Below are positions 52,547-62,626 of a DNA stretch of 63,894 bases, one piece after another; the first letter of the stretch is position 1; each line of letters starts with the position of its first letter. The notes beneath the pieces are model-generated. The model was not told the DNA's origin. It saw nothing but the letters and a program-made list of their open reading frames with translations, and made no database searches. Source of the stretch: an uncultured Gammaproteobacteria bacterium (GTDB lineage: Bacteria; Patescibacteriota; Patescibacteriia; UBA1558; 2-01-FULL-52-15); NCBI GenBank assembly GCA_964517065.1, contig CAZFBK010000004.1, forward strand, positions 1 through 63,894, written 5' to 3'. The translations under genes were made by a program, and so were the position numbers.

Positions 52547-52978
52547 GTGTTTATTGGAGAATATCAGTACAACATAGATGACAAAAACCGTTTGCTGATA
52601 CCGACACGGTTCCGTCCAGAATTAGCCGAGGGAGCAGTCGTTACCCGCGGACTTGATAATTGTCTGTTCATTTACACGCATAGTGAATGGTTGAAGCTTT
52701 CTACCAAGTTAGCTGATTTGCCGCTCGGACAAGCCAAGTCACGTGCTTTTGCCCGTCTGATGTTGGCTGGTGCTATGGAAGTTGATTTGGATAAGCAGGG
52801 GAGAATCATCTTGCCTGATTATCTGAAGCAATTTGCCGGACTGAATAAAGCAGTGGTTGTCACTGGACTCTTCAACCGTTTGGAAATCTGGGATCAGAAG
52901 ACCTGGGAAGCATATAAGCAAGGCACAGAAGAACAAAGCGGTGAGATCGCTGAAACCTTAGGAGCATTGGGGGTCTAA
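52547..52978 (+). CDS. mraZ: Transcriptional regulator MraZ
   Basis: GTG start, FIGEYQYNIDDKNRLLIPTRFR, and a second DxxGR-type motif (DKQGRIILP). Confidence 0.9.
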   Translation: MFIGEYQYNIDDKNRLLIPTRFRPELAEGAVVTRGLDNCLFIYTHSEWLKLSTKLADLPLGQAKSRAFARLMLAGAMEVDLDKQGRIILPDYLKQFAGLNKAVVVTGLFNRLEIWDQKTWEAYKQGTEEQSGEIAETLGALGV

Positions 52979-53916
52979 TGTCAGAGTTTCAGCATATTCC
53001 TGTCCTGGTAGCGGAGGTACTAGAACATTTACAAGTAGCGAAGAACAAAAACTTTATCGACGGTACTGTCGGTGGAGGCGGTCATGCTGCGGCTATTCTG
53101 GCGGCGACCGGGCCTCACGGTAAGGTCTTAGGCTTAGATTTAGATCCAGAGGCAATGAAAGCCTCGGAAATTAAATTAAAAAAATATGGCGCACGAGCAA
53201 TCCTGCGCCGGGTAAATTACAAACAAATAACCAAAATACAAACAGATGTATCTTCAGTTGGCCCAATTAGCGGCGTACTACTTGATCTTGGTCTATCATC
53301 AGATCAACTAGACCGTCAGGGGAGAGGATTTTCATTCAACGACCCCGCGCCGCTGGATATGCGCTTTGATCCGGTCGATGGACAAACCGCAGTAGCGTTC
53401 ATTCAAAATAGTAGCGAAGAACGATTAGCTCAAGTTATTCACCAGTATGGTGAAGAGCGTCAAGCGAAAAAATTAGCCCGTGTGATCAAAGGTTTAGCTG
53501 ATCAGTGGGGTGATGAGCTGACAGCTGACGTCCTAGCAAACGCCATTGAAGAAGTAGAGCCCCGTCGCGGTCGGCGGATTCATCCGGCTACCAAGACCTT
53601 TCAGGCTCTGCGCATGGCTATCAATGATGAGTTAGGCAATATTCAAACCTTCCTAGACACTATGTTAGACTGGTTACCTTCCGGAGCACGCATTGTCATC
53701 ATCTCCTTCCATTCGCTGGAAGATAGGATGGTGAAGCAGTTTTTCAAACAGCAAGCACTGACCTGTATCTGTCCGCCGGAGCTACCGGTTTGCCGTTGCA
53801 ACCATCAGCCTCGTTTAAAAATTATTACCAAGCATGTAGTGACCGCTTCAGAGGCGGAGCTCCAAGCGAATCCTCGCAGTCGCAGCGCGGTACTCCGCGC
53901 CGCCGAAGTCATCTAA
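52978..53916 (+). CDS. rsmH: 16S rRNA (cytosine1402-N4)-methyltransferase
   Basis: It has HIPVL, DGTVGGGGHA and LDLGLSS motifs. 312 aa. Confidence 0.9.
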   Translation: MSEFQHIPVLVAEVLEHLQVAKNKNFIDGTVGGGGHAAAILAATGPHGKVLGLDLDPEAMKASEIKLKKYGARAILRRVNYKQITKIQTDVSSVGPISGVLLDLGLSSDQLDRQGRGFSFNDPAPLDMRFDPVDGQTAVAFIQNSSEERLAQVIHQYGEERQAKKLARVIKGLADQWGDELTADVLANAIEEVEPRRGRRIHPATKTFQALRMAINDELGNIQTFLDTMLDWLPSGARIVIISFHSLEDRMVKQFFKQQALTCICPPELPVCRCNHQPRLKIITKHVVTASEAELQANPRSRSAVLRAAEVI

Positions 53917-53953
53917 CTAGTAATGCCTCGAAAGAGGTAAAAACAAAAATAAA

Positions 53954-54229
53954 ATGCGTCGAATCAATATCTTGCTCCTGATCCTGCTGATTGGCTCGTT
54001 CCTGATGCGGTTAGTTTTTGCTAACTGGTCAGCCAGCCAAAGCTATGAAATGTCGGAATATACCAACAAAGTACAAGATTTGAAAGCTTCTAGTGATCAA
54101 TTGGCGTTGTCCGTTGCCGAGCTACGATCTATTGAGCGTTTGACTGCCGTTAGTAATCAATTAAGTCTGGTCAAAGCTGATCACGTCATGTATCTCGAGC
54201 CTCGTGGTGCCGTTGCTATTAATCGTTAA
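53954..54229 (+). CDS. ftsL: FtsL-like cell division protein
   Basis: 91 aa with a single TM helix plus a coiled coil, in the conserved position between rsmH and the PBP gene. Confidence 0.6.
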   Translation: MRRINILLLILLIGSFLMRLVFANWSASQSYEMSEYTNKVQDLKASSDQLALSVAELRSIERLTAVSNQLSLVKADHVMYLEPRGAVAINR

Positions 54230-54234
54230 CTACC

Positions 54235-55968
54235 ATGATCTACGGCTTGGATCGAGCTGATCATCTACGCCTAGACCGAAGAATAACCATAGTAAGTTTG
54301 GTTATTTTTTTGCTATTTATAGGGATCGCTGCCAGATTGTTTTGGTTACAGGTTATGTTACATCAAAACTTCGTGGCTCTGGCAGATAAGCAACATGTCG
54401 TAGTCAGTACCGTCGATCCTGCTCGCGGTGAGATTTTGGCCCGTGACCATACCAATGTGTCACAAGAAGATCTGTATCCATTAGCTGCCAATAAAGTCTA
54501 CTATGAAGTGTATGTTGACCCAGCCAAAATTACCCAACCACAGAATACTGCCGATGCTTTGGCGGGTGCTTTAGGTTTGCAGTCGGCTGATATTATAGAA
54601 CGTTTGAAAAAAACAGGGGACAACTATGAGCCGATCAAACACAAAGTTACAGAGGAACAGTTAGCAGCCATCAAGAAAATCAACTTGCCGGGTATCGCCT
54701 ATAAGAAAGAGACCTGGCGTTTCTACCCTGACAAAGATATCGGCGCTCAACTCTTAGGTTTTTATGGTGTTCGTGCTGACAAGAAACAGGGCATTTACGG
54801 CTTGGAAGCCTTCTGGGATAAGGAATTATCAGGGCAGAGTATTACTTCCAAATTTGAACGTACCTTGAAGAATGGTTTGGTGCCGGATAATTCCGTGGCC
54901 GATGGTGTAGTGGACGGTGCTGATCTGGTCTTGACTATCGATCGTACGATCCAATATCAGGCTTGTAGGGCTCTTGATCGGGCAGTGGCCAGCCTTGGCG
55001 CTGAGAATGGTAGCTTAGTCATCGAAGAATCAGCTACTGGTCGCATTTTATCTCTCTGCAATAGTCCAAGTTTCGATCCAAATAATTATGGTGAGGTCAG
55101 TAACGTCAGTGATTTTAATAATAACGCTGTCTATGAAGCCTATGAGCCGGGCTCTGCTTTCAAAGTTATTGCTATGGGTATCGCGCTTGATAGTGGTAAG
55201 GTCACACCATCAACAACCTACGAAGATACTGGCGTAGTTAAGCTCGCAGGCTATTCGATCAAGAATTCGGATAAATTAGCTCATGGCACTGTCACGATGA
55301 CTGGCGTATTAGAAAAATCTCTCAATACAGGAATGATTTTTGCCACTGAGAGTGTGCCGAATACTCAGTTTGAAAAATATATTAAAAATTTTGGCTTCGG
55401 TCAGTTGTACAATGCGCAGCTTGATCAGGAGGTCAAAGGCGATATCAGCACATTATCCAAGAATGGAGAAATCCATAAAGCTACAGCCTCTTTTGGTCAG
55501 GGTATTACCGTCACGCCGTTGCAGTTGGTCAATGCAGTCAATGTCATCGCCAATGAAGGTAAGCTGATGCAACCATACATTGTCGAAGAAGTACGTTATC
55601 CTGATGGTAGAGTGGTCAAGACACAGCCGAAGGTTCTGCGACAAGTCATCAAACCGCAAACAGCCAGCCAAGTCGGCGCTATGATGGTCAGCGTGGTTGA
55701 TAACGGCTTCGGTAAGAAGGCTGGTGTGTCAGGCTATTACATCGCCGGCAAGACAGGTACGGCTCAAGTGGCTGAGAATGGAGCCTATGGAGGCAAGACC
55801 GTGCAGTCTTTCGTCGGTTTCGGTCCTGTGGACAAGCCACGCTTCACTATGGTGACGAAACTGACTAATCCGTCGGGAGCAGGCTGGGCCGAGAGCAGTG
55901 CTGCCCCGCTATTCGGTGAGTTGGCCAGCTTCCTGATGAAGTACTATCAGATTGCTCCGCAGCGCTAA
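54235..55968 (+). CDS. ftsI: Penicillin-binding protein (FtsI/PBP2-type transpeptidase)
   Basis: N-terminal TM helix, SxxK (GSAFKV), an SxN-like IKNSD, and KTGTA. Confidence 0.85.
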   Translation: MIYGLDRADHLRLDRRITIVSLVIFLLFIGIAARLFWLQVMLHQNFVALADKQHVVVSTVDPARGEILARDHTNVSQEDLYPLAANKVYYEVYVDPAKITQPQNTADALAGALGLQSADIIERLKKTGDNYEPIKHKVTEEQLAAIKKINLPGIAYKKETWRFYPDKDIGAQLLGFYGVRADKKQGIYGLEAFWDKELSGQSITSKFERTLKNGLVPDNSVADGVVDGADLVLTIDRTIQYQACRALDRAVASLGAENGSLVIEESATGRILSLCNSPSFDPNNYGEVSNVSDFNNNAVYEAYEPGSAFKVIAMGIALDSGKVTPSTTYEDTGVVKLAGYSIKNSDKLAHGTVTMTGVLEKSLNTGMIFATESVPNTQFEKYIKNFGFGQLYNAQLDQEVKGDISTLSKNGEIHKATASFGQGITVTPLQLVNAVNVIANEGKLMQPYIVEEVRYPDGRVVKTQPKVLRQVIKPQTASQVGAMMVSVVDNGFGKKAGVSGYYIAGKTGTAQVAENGAYGGKTVQSFVGFGPVDKPRFTMVTKLTNPSGAGWAESSAAPLFGELASFLMKYYQIAPQR

Positions 55969-55971
55969 GCA

Positions 55972-57261
55972 TTGTACTATTCATCTATGAATCTTGGAGT
56001 GAAAACTTTGGGTTGGTTAGCACATGGCGTCATCAAACGCTATCGTCCTTTAGTTATTGCAATTACCGGTAGTGTGGGCAAGACATCAGCCAAAGAAGCG
56101 ATCTACACGGTCTTGGCATCAAATGGAAGTGTGCGCAAAACTGCCAAAAATTATAACAATGAGCTGGGCGTGCCTTTGACTGTGCTCGGTTTGGAAGCTC
56201 CCGGCAAAAATCCGTTGGCTTGGCTCTCTGCCATAGGTCATGGTTTGAGTTTGCTGGCCTCTGAGCATCCGTATCCAAAAATATTGATATTAGAAATGGG
56301 TGCTGATAACGTCGGTGATATCGCCTATCTGACAGAAATGACCCAGCCGCATATGGGTATCCTGACCGGTATCGGCGCTTCACATTTAGAAAAATTTGGA
56401 TCGTTAGAAAATATTGTCAAAGAAAAAACCAGCATTATTTCCTGTTTGCCGGCCGACGGTGTGGCTATTGTCAACACTGACGATACGGTGGCGATGACTG
56501 TCATCGGCAAGACCAAAGCGCGTCTCGTCACGTATGGTTGCAATGAGGAAGCTGATATCTACGCTCAGGATGTTCACCTGTCGCAACGGGGTGAAGAGAT
56601 TGGTTTAGCTTTCAAAATTCACTATCAAGGTTCGACCGTGCCGATGTTTATCCCTGGGCTGGTCGGGCAGCATCAGATATCTGCCATCTTAGCCGCGGTG
56701 GCTGTAGCAGTGAATCGCAACGCGAATTTATTGACTATTGGCGAGCGTCTAAATCGTTGGCAACCAACGTCTGGCCGTATGCGATTGATATCAGGCCGTC
56801 AGCAGTGTCTATTAATTGATGATACGTATAACTCAGCCCCACAATCAGCCAAAGCAGCGATTAAGGCGTTAGCAGAGGTAGGTGCGTTGCGCCAATCTAC
56901 CACCTACGCTATTTTGGGAGATATGTTAGAGCTGGGGGATTATTCCCAAGCCGGTCATGAGGAAGTTGGACATTATGTTCAGCAACATACAATTGATTAT
57001 TTACTTACCTGCGGTAGCAGAGCAGCGGATACTGCTAAGGCAGCGACGAAAGCTGGAATGGATCCAAGTCATGTACTGCCGTTCAAAAGCACAGCAGAAG
57101 CTATTGCTTGGCTGGAGCAGCACCTGCAGCAGGGGAGTACTGTCTTAATTAAAGGCTCACAAGGTGCGCGTATGGAGAAGGTTACCAAGGCTCTGATGGC
57201 TGATCAGAGTCAGGCGGGGGAGTTGTTGGTACGGCAGACGGCTGAATGGCTTAGGAAATAA
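55972..57261 (+). CDS. murF: UDP-N-acetylmuramoyl-tripeptide--D-alanyl-D-alanine ligase
   Basis: TTG start, Mur ligase P-loop ITGSVGKTS, DDTYNSAP, and C-terminal IKGSQGARMEKV. Confidence 0.8.
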   Translation: MYYSSMNLGVKTLGWLAHGVIKRYRPLVIAITGSVGKTSAKEAIYTVLASNGSVRKTAKNYNNELGVPLTVLGLEAPGKNPLAWLSAIGHGLSLLASEHPYPKILILEMGADNVGDIAYLTEMTQPHMGILTGIGASHLEKFGSLENIVKEKTSIISCLPADGVAIVNTDDTVAMTVIGKTKARLVTYGCNEEADIYAQDVHLSQRGEEIGLAFKIHYQGSTVPMFIPGLVGQHQISAILAAVAVAVNRNANLLTIGERLNRWQPTSGRMRLISGRQQCLLIDDTYNSAPQSAKAAIKALAEVGALRQSTTYAILGDMLELGDYSQAGHEEVGHYVQQHTIDYLLTCGSRAADTAKAATKAGMDPSHVLPFKSTAEAIAWLEQHLQQGSTVLIKGSQGARMEKVTKALMADQSQAGELLVRQTAEWLRK

Positions 57262-57330
57262 ATATTAATATTCAATATCCAAAATACAATAATCAAACAA
57301 TAATTAATAAAAAATAGGATCAAATAATAA

Positions 57331-57353
57331 AAACACCTCATGAGCAGGTGTTT
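57331..57353. terminator. Bidirectional terminator between murF and msrB
   Basis: AAACACCT pairs with AGGTGTTT, flanked by A-rich and T-rich runs. It sits at the centre of a longer AT-rich imperfect palindrome. Confidence 0.6.
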
Positions 57354-57400
57354 AATTATTTAATATTTTTTATTGTTTGAATTTTGGCTATTGATTATTG

Positions 57401-57793
57401 TTATTTTTTCGTCTCTAAACGAAGGCACGCCGAATTAATACAATACCGTTGTCCTCCCTTATCCTTCGGTCCATCATCGAAGACGTGTCCCAGATGCGAG
57501 CCACAGTTTTTACACGTTACTTCAGTTCGTTTCATACCCATGGAAGTGTCGGTATGCAGCTCGACATGTTCTAGATTTGCCGGTTCGGTGAAGCTGGGCC
57601 AACCGCTGCCTGATTCAAATTTGGTATCAGAAGAGAACAGCTCAGTACCGCAGGCAGCACAGTGGTACATACCTGCTGTTTTTTCATTGACATACTTTCC
57701 GCTAAAAGGCGCTTCAGTGCCTTTACCACGCATGATGTCATATTGTTCAGGAGTTAGCTTCTCTTTCCAGGGGTCAGTTGTTGTCTTATTCAT
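57401..57793 (-). CDS. msrB: Peptide-methionine (R)-S-oxide reductase
   Basis: 130 aa with two CxxC pairs, GWPSF and a catalytic RYCINS motif. Confidence 0.9.
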   Translation of the reverse strand: MNKTTTDPWKEKLTPEQYDIMRGKGTEAPFSGKYVNEKTAGMYHCAACGTELFSSDTKFESGSGWPSFTEPANLEHVELHTDTSMGMKRTEVTCKNCGSHLGHVFDDGPKDKGGQRYCINSACLRLETKK

Positions 57794-57832
57794 GGAATTG
57801 GTTATTATGGTATCATTATAAATAATTAAACT

Positions 57833-59317
57833 ATGGAAGTAAAATCATCTTTTCGGTTATTTTTGAGCAAATATAGTACCGTGATCGTTATTGTAATTTT
57901 GGGAATTATTTCTCTTCTGGTGTTTCTACCAAACCTTGGGAAATCACCATTAGTCGATTACGATGAAGGTACCTATGCCCGCGTTATCCATGATACGCGT
58001 GTTAGTGGTGATATTACCACGTTACAGTATTTTGGCAGACCCTGGTTCGAGAAACCACCGCTCTATTTTTGGACAGCCATAGCTTCAGTTTCAGTATTTG
58101 GAGAAAATGAGTTTACTATGAGGCTATCTGCAGTCATATTTAGCCTTTTGACTTTGCTGTTTACTTTTTTAATAGCAAAGCGATTATCAAATATAAAAGT
58201 TGCTATCGGTGCGACATTAATCCTTCTTTTTTCGCCATTGTATCATTATTATTCAACAGAAATACGTGTTGATACAGGCGTGCTGATGGGTATGATGGCA
58301 GCACTTTATTTTTTCATTAGCGGCTGGGAGAAGCCCAAATTTTTACTCGGTGTCCTGCCCGCGATAGCTGTAGGTTTTATGATGAAAGACGTGATTGCGT
58401 TGTTAATTATTCCTATAGCCTTATTCTTTGCCTTCTTTTATAAACAGTGGCGCTGGTTACGTTCTAAGTTTTTCTGGTTTGGTCTCCTACCAATGGCTAT
58501 TGTCGCTATACCGTGGCATTTGGAACAACATCTGAGATTTGGTAGCGCATTTTGGAATGATTATATTGGTTATCACGTTGTCGACCGTGCAGTCAAAGGT
58601 TTGGGTATAGGTATTGAAAAATCGACAGGTAATTATTGGGGCTACTTTCAATATTTATGGGTTTACGCGCAACCACTGTGGATAATTTTTATCCTGCTAT
58701 CAATTTTCTACTTTGGTTATTGGCTGATAAAAAAGAGACAACAAGATCCTTTGATCGTAGCCTCATTTATCACAGTTTTGTTCTTCATTACCATTTTCAC
58801 ACTGGCTCGGACTCAAATTATAACCTATATTTTGCCAATTTTTCCTTTCATAGCAATAATCTTGGCTGGAATTCTAGCTAAGATATTTGAAAAGAAATTT
58901 CAAATCTATATTATAGTGGTAGCTCTTTTTGTGGGTCTCTTGATCGTAACGGACCATTTTTCACAAAATGTTGTATTTCCTTATCATATGGCAGAGAAAT
59001 CGGTTGCGACAAAGTATAAGCAGTTATCATCGGGTCAGCCATTATATGTTGTTGAGTGGCCGATCCATGAATCAATTAGATATTATAGTGGCACAAAGCC
59101 GAATTTTATCGGCTTTGCCAAAGATCACGATGTTGCAATACCTGCTGATTCATACTTTATTTTGAATCGCTATTATTTAGCTTATTTTCTTGATAGCAAA
59201 GGCATTGCTCTGCCCGAGTATGGTAATCTAGAGGTAAAAGATGCTGATGACTATTTGCTCTTGTTATATACCAACAAAGAGATTTCGCTCAAGAGTTCTG
59301 GGTACAAGGAGCAATAG
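57833..59317 (+). CDS. GT-C fold glycosyltransferase (family 39, ArnT/PMT-like)
   Basis: 494 aa and polytopic, with a DYDEGTY motif in the first loop. Confidence 0.65.
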   Translation: MEVKSSFRLFLSKYSTVIVIVILGIISLLVFLPNLGKSPLVDYDEGTYARVIHDTRVSGDITTLQYFGRPWFEKPPLYFWTAIASVSVFGENEFTMRLSAVIFSLLTLLFTFLIAKRLSNIKVAIGATLILLFSPLYHYYSTEIRVDTGVLMGMMAALYFFISGWEKPKFLLGVLPAIAVGFMMKDVIALLIIPIALFFAFFYKQWRWLRSKFFWFGLLPMAIVAIPWHLEQHLRFGSAFWNDYIGYHVVDRAVKGLGIGIEKSTGNYWGYFQYLWVYAQPLWIIFILLSIFYFGYWLIKKRQQDPLIVASFITVLFFITIFTLARTQIITYILPIFPFIAIILAGILAKIFEKKFQIYIIVVALFVGLLIVTDHFSQNVVFPYHMAEKSVATKYKQLSSGQPLYVVEWPIHESIRYYSGTKPNFIGFAKDHDVAIPADSYFILNRYYLAYFLDSKGIALPEYGNLEVKDADDYLLLLYTNKEISLKSSGYKEQ

Positions 59318-59476
59318 AGGAAAAGGAGCTGCGTCAAAACAAAAAAAGCCTGTGGCTATTTTTTTTTACTTTTTACTTTTTACTTTTGACTTCCAGCCTC
59401 CCCTCGGGTCTGAGGCTCGGGGTCGAAGACTGGCTGGTGGTGGGACGCTGAGCGTCCCTTCTCACCACGCTGAGCG

Positions 59477-59551
59477 TGGTGGCCCCACGGAGAATCGAAC
59501 TCCGATTACAACGTTGAGAACGTCGTGTCCTAACCGTTAGACGATGAGGCC
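59477..59551 (-). tRNA. tRNA-Glu (anticodon CUC) with genomically encoded CCA
   Basis: The cloverleaf folds by hand: acceptor GGCCTCA/TGGGGCC, D arm GTCT..GGAC, anticodon arm CGACG-TTCTCAA-CGTTG, T arm CGGAG-TTCGATT-CTCCG, then A-CCA. Confidence 0.85.
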
Positions 59552-59735
59552 AATGTTAGAGATTAGTAATTAAGTGACTAGTAATTAGGAGCTTCTAGTT
59601 ACCAGTTACTAATTACAAATTACTCCTCCCAGACTATCCCATATTTGACTTTTTTTCAAGAGCGTGGCTTGACCAAAGCACGAAAAGTCCGTATTTATTG
59701 ATTTTTACCAGCAGACTTGCTACTATCAATGAACT

Positions 59736-60425
59736 ATGTCCGAATTAATCACCGTACCACAACACATCGGTATTATCCCTGACGGCAATCGCCGCTGGGC
59801 CAAAGCCAAAGGCCTACCGGGGATCAAGGGCCATGAACAAGGCTTCAAGATCTTCCCGGATATTGCCGAAGCTGCCTTTGACGCTGGTGTCAAAGTGTTT
59901 TCTGCTTGGGGGTTTTCTACAGAGAATTGGAGTAGAGCAGAGGAAGAAGTATCTTATCTGATGGATTTATTTGTTTATTATTTGGCCAATGAAGCGAAGG
60001 ATTTACACGCCAAAAACATTAAATTATTGATTAGTGGTTCACGGGCCGAGCTGAGCGACAAATTAAACGCAGCTATAGACGAGGCGGAGAAGCTGACGGC
60101 CAGTAATAGTAGGGGAGTGATTAATATTTGTTTGAACTATGGTGGACGCCAAGAATTAGTTGATGCGGTCAATAATCTTATGAAAGAAGGCAAAACTGCT
60201 GTCACAGCCGAAGATCTGTCGCAGCATTTATATCACGATTTGCCAGATGTGGATTTGATTATCCGGACAGCAGGGGAGCGGAGATTGTCCGGCTTCATGC
60301 CTTGGCAAGGAGTCTATAGCGAATTGTATTTCAGTGATAAGTTTTGGCCGGACTTCACACCGGAGGATTTGAGATTAGCCTTAGAAGACTTTGCAAAACG
60401 AAAAAGAACTTTTGGCGGAAGCTAG
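59736..60425 (+). CDS. uppS: Isoprenyl transferase (undecaprenyl diphosphate synthase)
   Basis: It has GIIPDGNRRWA and RTAGERRLSGFMPWQ motifs. Confidence 0.9.
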   Translation: MSELITVPQHIGIIPDGNRRWAKAKGLPGIKGHEQGFKIFPDIAEAAFDAGVKVFSAWGFSTENWSRAEEEVSYLMDLFVYYLANEAKDLHAKNIKLLISGSRAELSDKLNAAIDEAEKLTASNSRGVINICLNYGGRQELVDAVNNLMKEGKTAVTAEDLSQHLYHDLPDVDLIIRTAGERRLSGFMPWQGVYSELYFSDKFWPDFTPEDLRLALEDFAKRKRTFGGS

Positions 60426-60574
60426 GGCAGTATTAGGTATGAGGTAGGAAGTATGAAGTGGGTGCCGTTACGACGTGATACAGGGATACTAAATAATATC
60501 ACTAAAGTCTGGTAGGACGGCATTTTATACTTAATACATAATACTTTATACTTGATACTTATATAAAATATTTT

Positions 60575-60898
60575 ATGACGCATGACCGCTGGTTAGAAAT
60601 CAAGAAGCTGATCGACAGCCAATATACCATCACCGACAGCTACACCGAAGACCTCGACCCCGGTCAAGCTGAATGTTTAGAATTTCAATCTGCTCAAGGT
60701 TTATTACGTGTTTGTTTTGTTACTCAGCCCAAAGTTTTAAATAAAAAAACGCTGTATTCCAATCGTGCCGGCGGTGAAACGACCACAGACTATCAATATT
60801 CAGATACGGAGGTTGCGACGCATCTAGAAGTCTGGCTTTGGGTAGATTCGCTCCAAGACTGGCAAGAATTACAGGCAGACGCATTACTCAAGGGCTAG
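60575..60898 (+). CDS. Hypothetical protein
   Basis: 107-aa ORF with no recognisable motif. Confidence 0.4.
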   Translation: MTHDRWLEIKKLIDSQYTITDSYTEDLDPGQAECLEFQSAQGLLRVCFVTQPKVLNKKTLYSNRAGGETTTDYQYSDTEVATHLEVWLWVDSLQDWQELQADALLKG

Positions 60899-61017
60899 GT
60901 TTGTGGTATAATATAAGAAATTAGAAAGTAGAAATTAGGTCAACAGGGATCAAATGCCCGAAATTTCTAATTTCGACTTTCTAATTTCGACTTTCTAATT
61001 TCAAATTTCTCAAAACA

Positions 61018-61440
61018 ATGAACAAATCCTCCCAGCTTCGTCTTATCCAGATCAGTCTTGTTCTGGGTATTATTTTATACCTTGGAAATATCATCATGGG
61101 TCTGAATGCGGCGCCTTTCATGACAGCCACCTTGGCGACACCTGATGCTTTTATCGTGCCATCATTTTGGAAGCTTTGTAGCTATCTGGTGACCGCTCTG
61201 ATTTTCGTCTTTGGTTACGCTACTTTCTATAGTGCTATCCCAGCACGCGGTCTGCAGAAAGGCTTGCAATATGGCTTCTGGATCTGGGTTATCGGTTGGT
61301 TACCGGCTATGCTGATGGTTATTGCTAACCTTGCTTTGCCTATTGATGTGATCTTCACCTGGCTGGTGACGAGCCTGGGTACGAGCATTGTCTTTGGTTT
61401 ATTGACAGGTTGGATGTATCATCCAGCCAAACAAAAATAG
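61018..61440 (+). CDS. Small polytopic membrane protein
   Basis: 140 aa with four hydrophobic helices. Confidence 0.5.
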   Translation: MNKSSQLRLIQISLVLGIILYLGNIIMGLNAAPFMTATLATPDAFIVPSFWKLCSYLVTALIFVFGYATFYSAIPARGLQKGLQYGFWIWVIGWLPAMLMVIANLALPIDVIFTWLVTSLGTSIVFGLLTGWMYHPAKQK

Positions 61441-61441
61441 C

Positions 61442-61876
61442 ATGTCACGACAGCTTCGTTTCATTATCTTCACACTAGCTATCGTTGTTGTTATTGGCCT
61501 CGTCAGTTGGACTGTTTGGCTCAGACCCAAGACTCCGGCTGTAAGTACCACTCAGGAGCAATCTCAGGCCTTGGCTGATGACCAATATCAGCAACAGGTT
61601 TCCACCCTGCTAGCCAGTATAGCTGCAGCGTCAGATGATACTCGACCAGAACAGCTGGCGACAGCTGTCAGCTCACTACAGGCATTGAAAGTCAGTGGGC
61701 AGATCAAATACGACCATTTATTGCTCTTTACTGCTCTTGATGTCTGGAAGTCTGATGATTTGACCAGCGCCAAAAAAACTAATGTCAAAACCAAACTGCA
61801 GACCTTTGCTAGTCATCAGCCTTGGTCCAAGACCATGATCGAGACGCTGGTGACGAATGGCAGTTTAGCTAGTTAA
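61442..61876 (+). CDS. Membrane-anchored hypothetical protein
   Basis: 144 aa with a single N-terminal TM helix. It starts 1 nt after the upstream stop. Confidence 0.45.
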   Translation: MSRQLRFIIFTLAIVVVIGLVSWTVWLRPKTPAVSTTQEQSQALADDQYQQQVSTLLASIAAASDDTRPEQLATAVSSLQALKVSGQIKYDHLLLFTALDVWKSDDLTSAKKTNVKTKLQTFASHQPWSKTMIETLVTNGSLAS

Positions 61877-61880
61877 CACG

Positions 61881-62624
61881 ATGATCCGTTGGATAGCCTA
61901 TTATAGTTCAGTGCTTTTCTTGGTGGCAGGTATGATCCTGCTGTTTTATCAATCTGCTTGGCTGCCCTGGGAGATTTTTGGGCTGATTATCATCTCATTA
62001 GCCGGTTTCCGCCTTATCAGTCGCAAAAGCTTCACTTCCTTCTTACCAACGTGGATTGCTTTTACCTTATACCTTGTAAGTACCGTACTGCAGCTGTCTA
62101 TTATTGAAAATCCTTCGGCGCAGCAATGGTTCATTGTTGTCGCAGGGTTGCTGTGGTTTAGTATTCTCTATGCGGTTGCTTATTACTTCACTAATAATCG
62201 TGAGTTTGTCGGCAAGCAATTTTTAGAAATAACACAGGCAGTTCATTTTATAACTTTATGGCAGATACTGAATGTTTTGAACTTTACCCTGATTTTCATT
62301 CATATTCCCATCTGGCAAGCTTGGCTGATTGTAGTCGCTGTTACCTTGCTCTTGGGCTATCAGCTTCTAACCTTTCATGGTTTACGCAAAGGTTCAATTT
62401 GGCTGTCATTGATCGCGCTGACGCTGACATCACTGGAGTTGTTTGTCACTATTAATCTTTTACCTCTGCATTTTTATGTACAGTCAGCACTGGTGACGTT
62501 GTGGTTTTTCTTCGTTATTCGTCTGACACTGCAGGGGCAAGAAGTTACGAGCCGCAAAAAACTGTTTTTTTCCAGCTTGATTTTTATCCTTATAATTGGT
62601 ACGCTCCTCATCTTAGTCAGCTAA
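61881..62624 (+). CDS. Polytopic membrane protein
   Basis: 247 aa with about eight helices. Confidence 0.5.
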   Translation: MIRWIAYYSSVLFLVAGMILLFYQSAWLPWEIFGLIIISLAGFRLISRKSFTSFLPTWIAFTLYLVSTVLQLSIIENPSAQQWFIVVAGLLWFSILYAVAYYFTNNREFVGKQFLEITQAVHFITLWQILNVLNFTLIFIHIPIWQAWLIVVAVTLLLGYQLLTFHGLRKGSIWLSLIALTLTSLELFVTINLLPLHFYVQSALVTLWFFFVIRLTLQGQEVTSRKKLFFSSLIFILIIGTLLILVS

Positions 62625-62626
62625 CT

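Noticed and set aside
59395-59476. A GC-rich stretch downstream of tRNA-Glu with twin hairpins (GGGACGC-TGA-GCGTCCC and CCACGC-TGA-GCGTGG), considered as a second tRNA or tRNA-like element.
   Set aside because: No cloverleaf can be drawn. It is more likely a pair of terminator or processing hairpins for the tRNA. The overlapping 99-aa track ORF (59241-59540) runs antisense through the tRNA and is not credible.
60912-61012. The repetitive CTAATTTC/GAAATTAG arrays and similar AT-rich word repeats, considered as CRISPR arrays or tandem repeats.
   Set aside because: There is no regular repeat-spacer periodicity and there are no cas genes. The units are arranged as inverted, not direct, repeats forming long hairpins.
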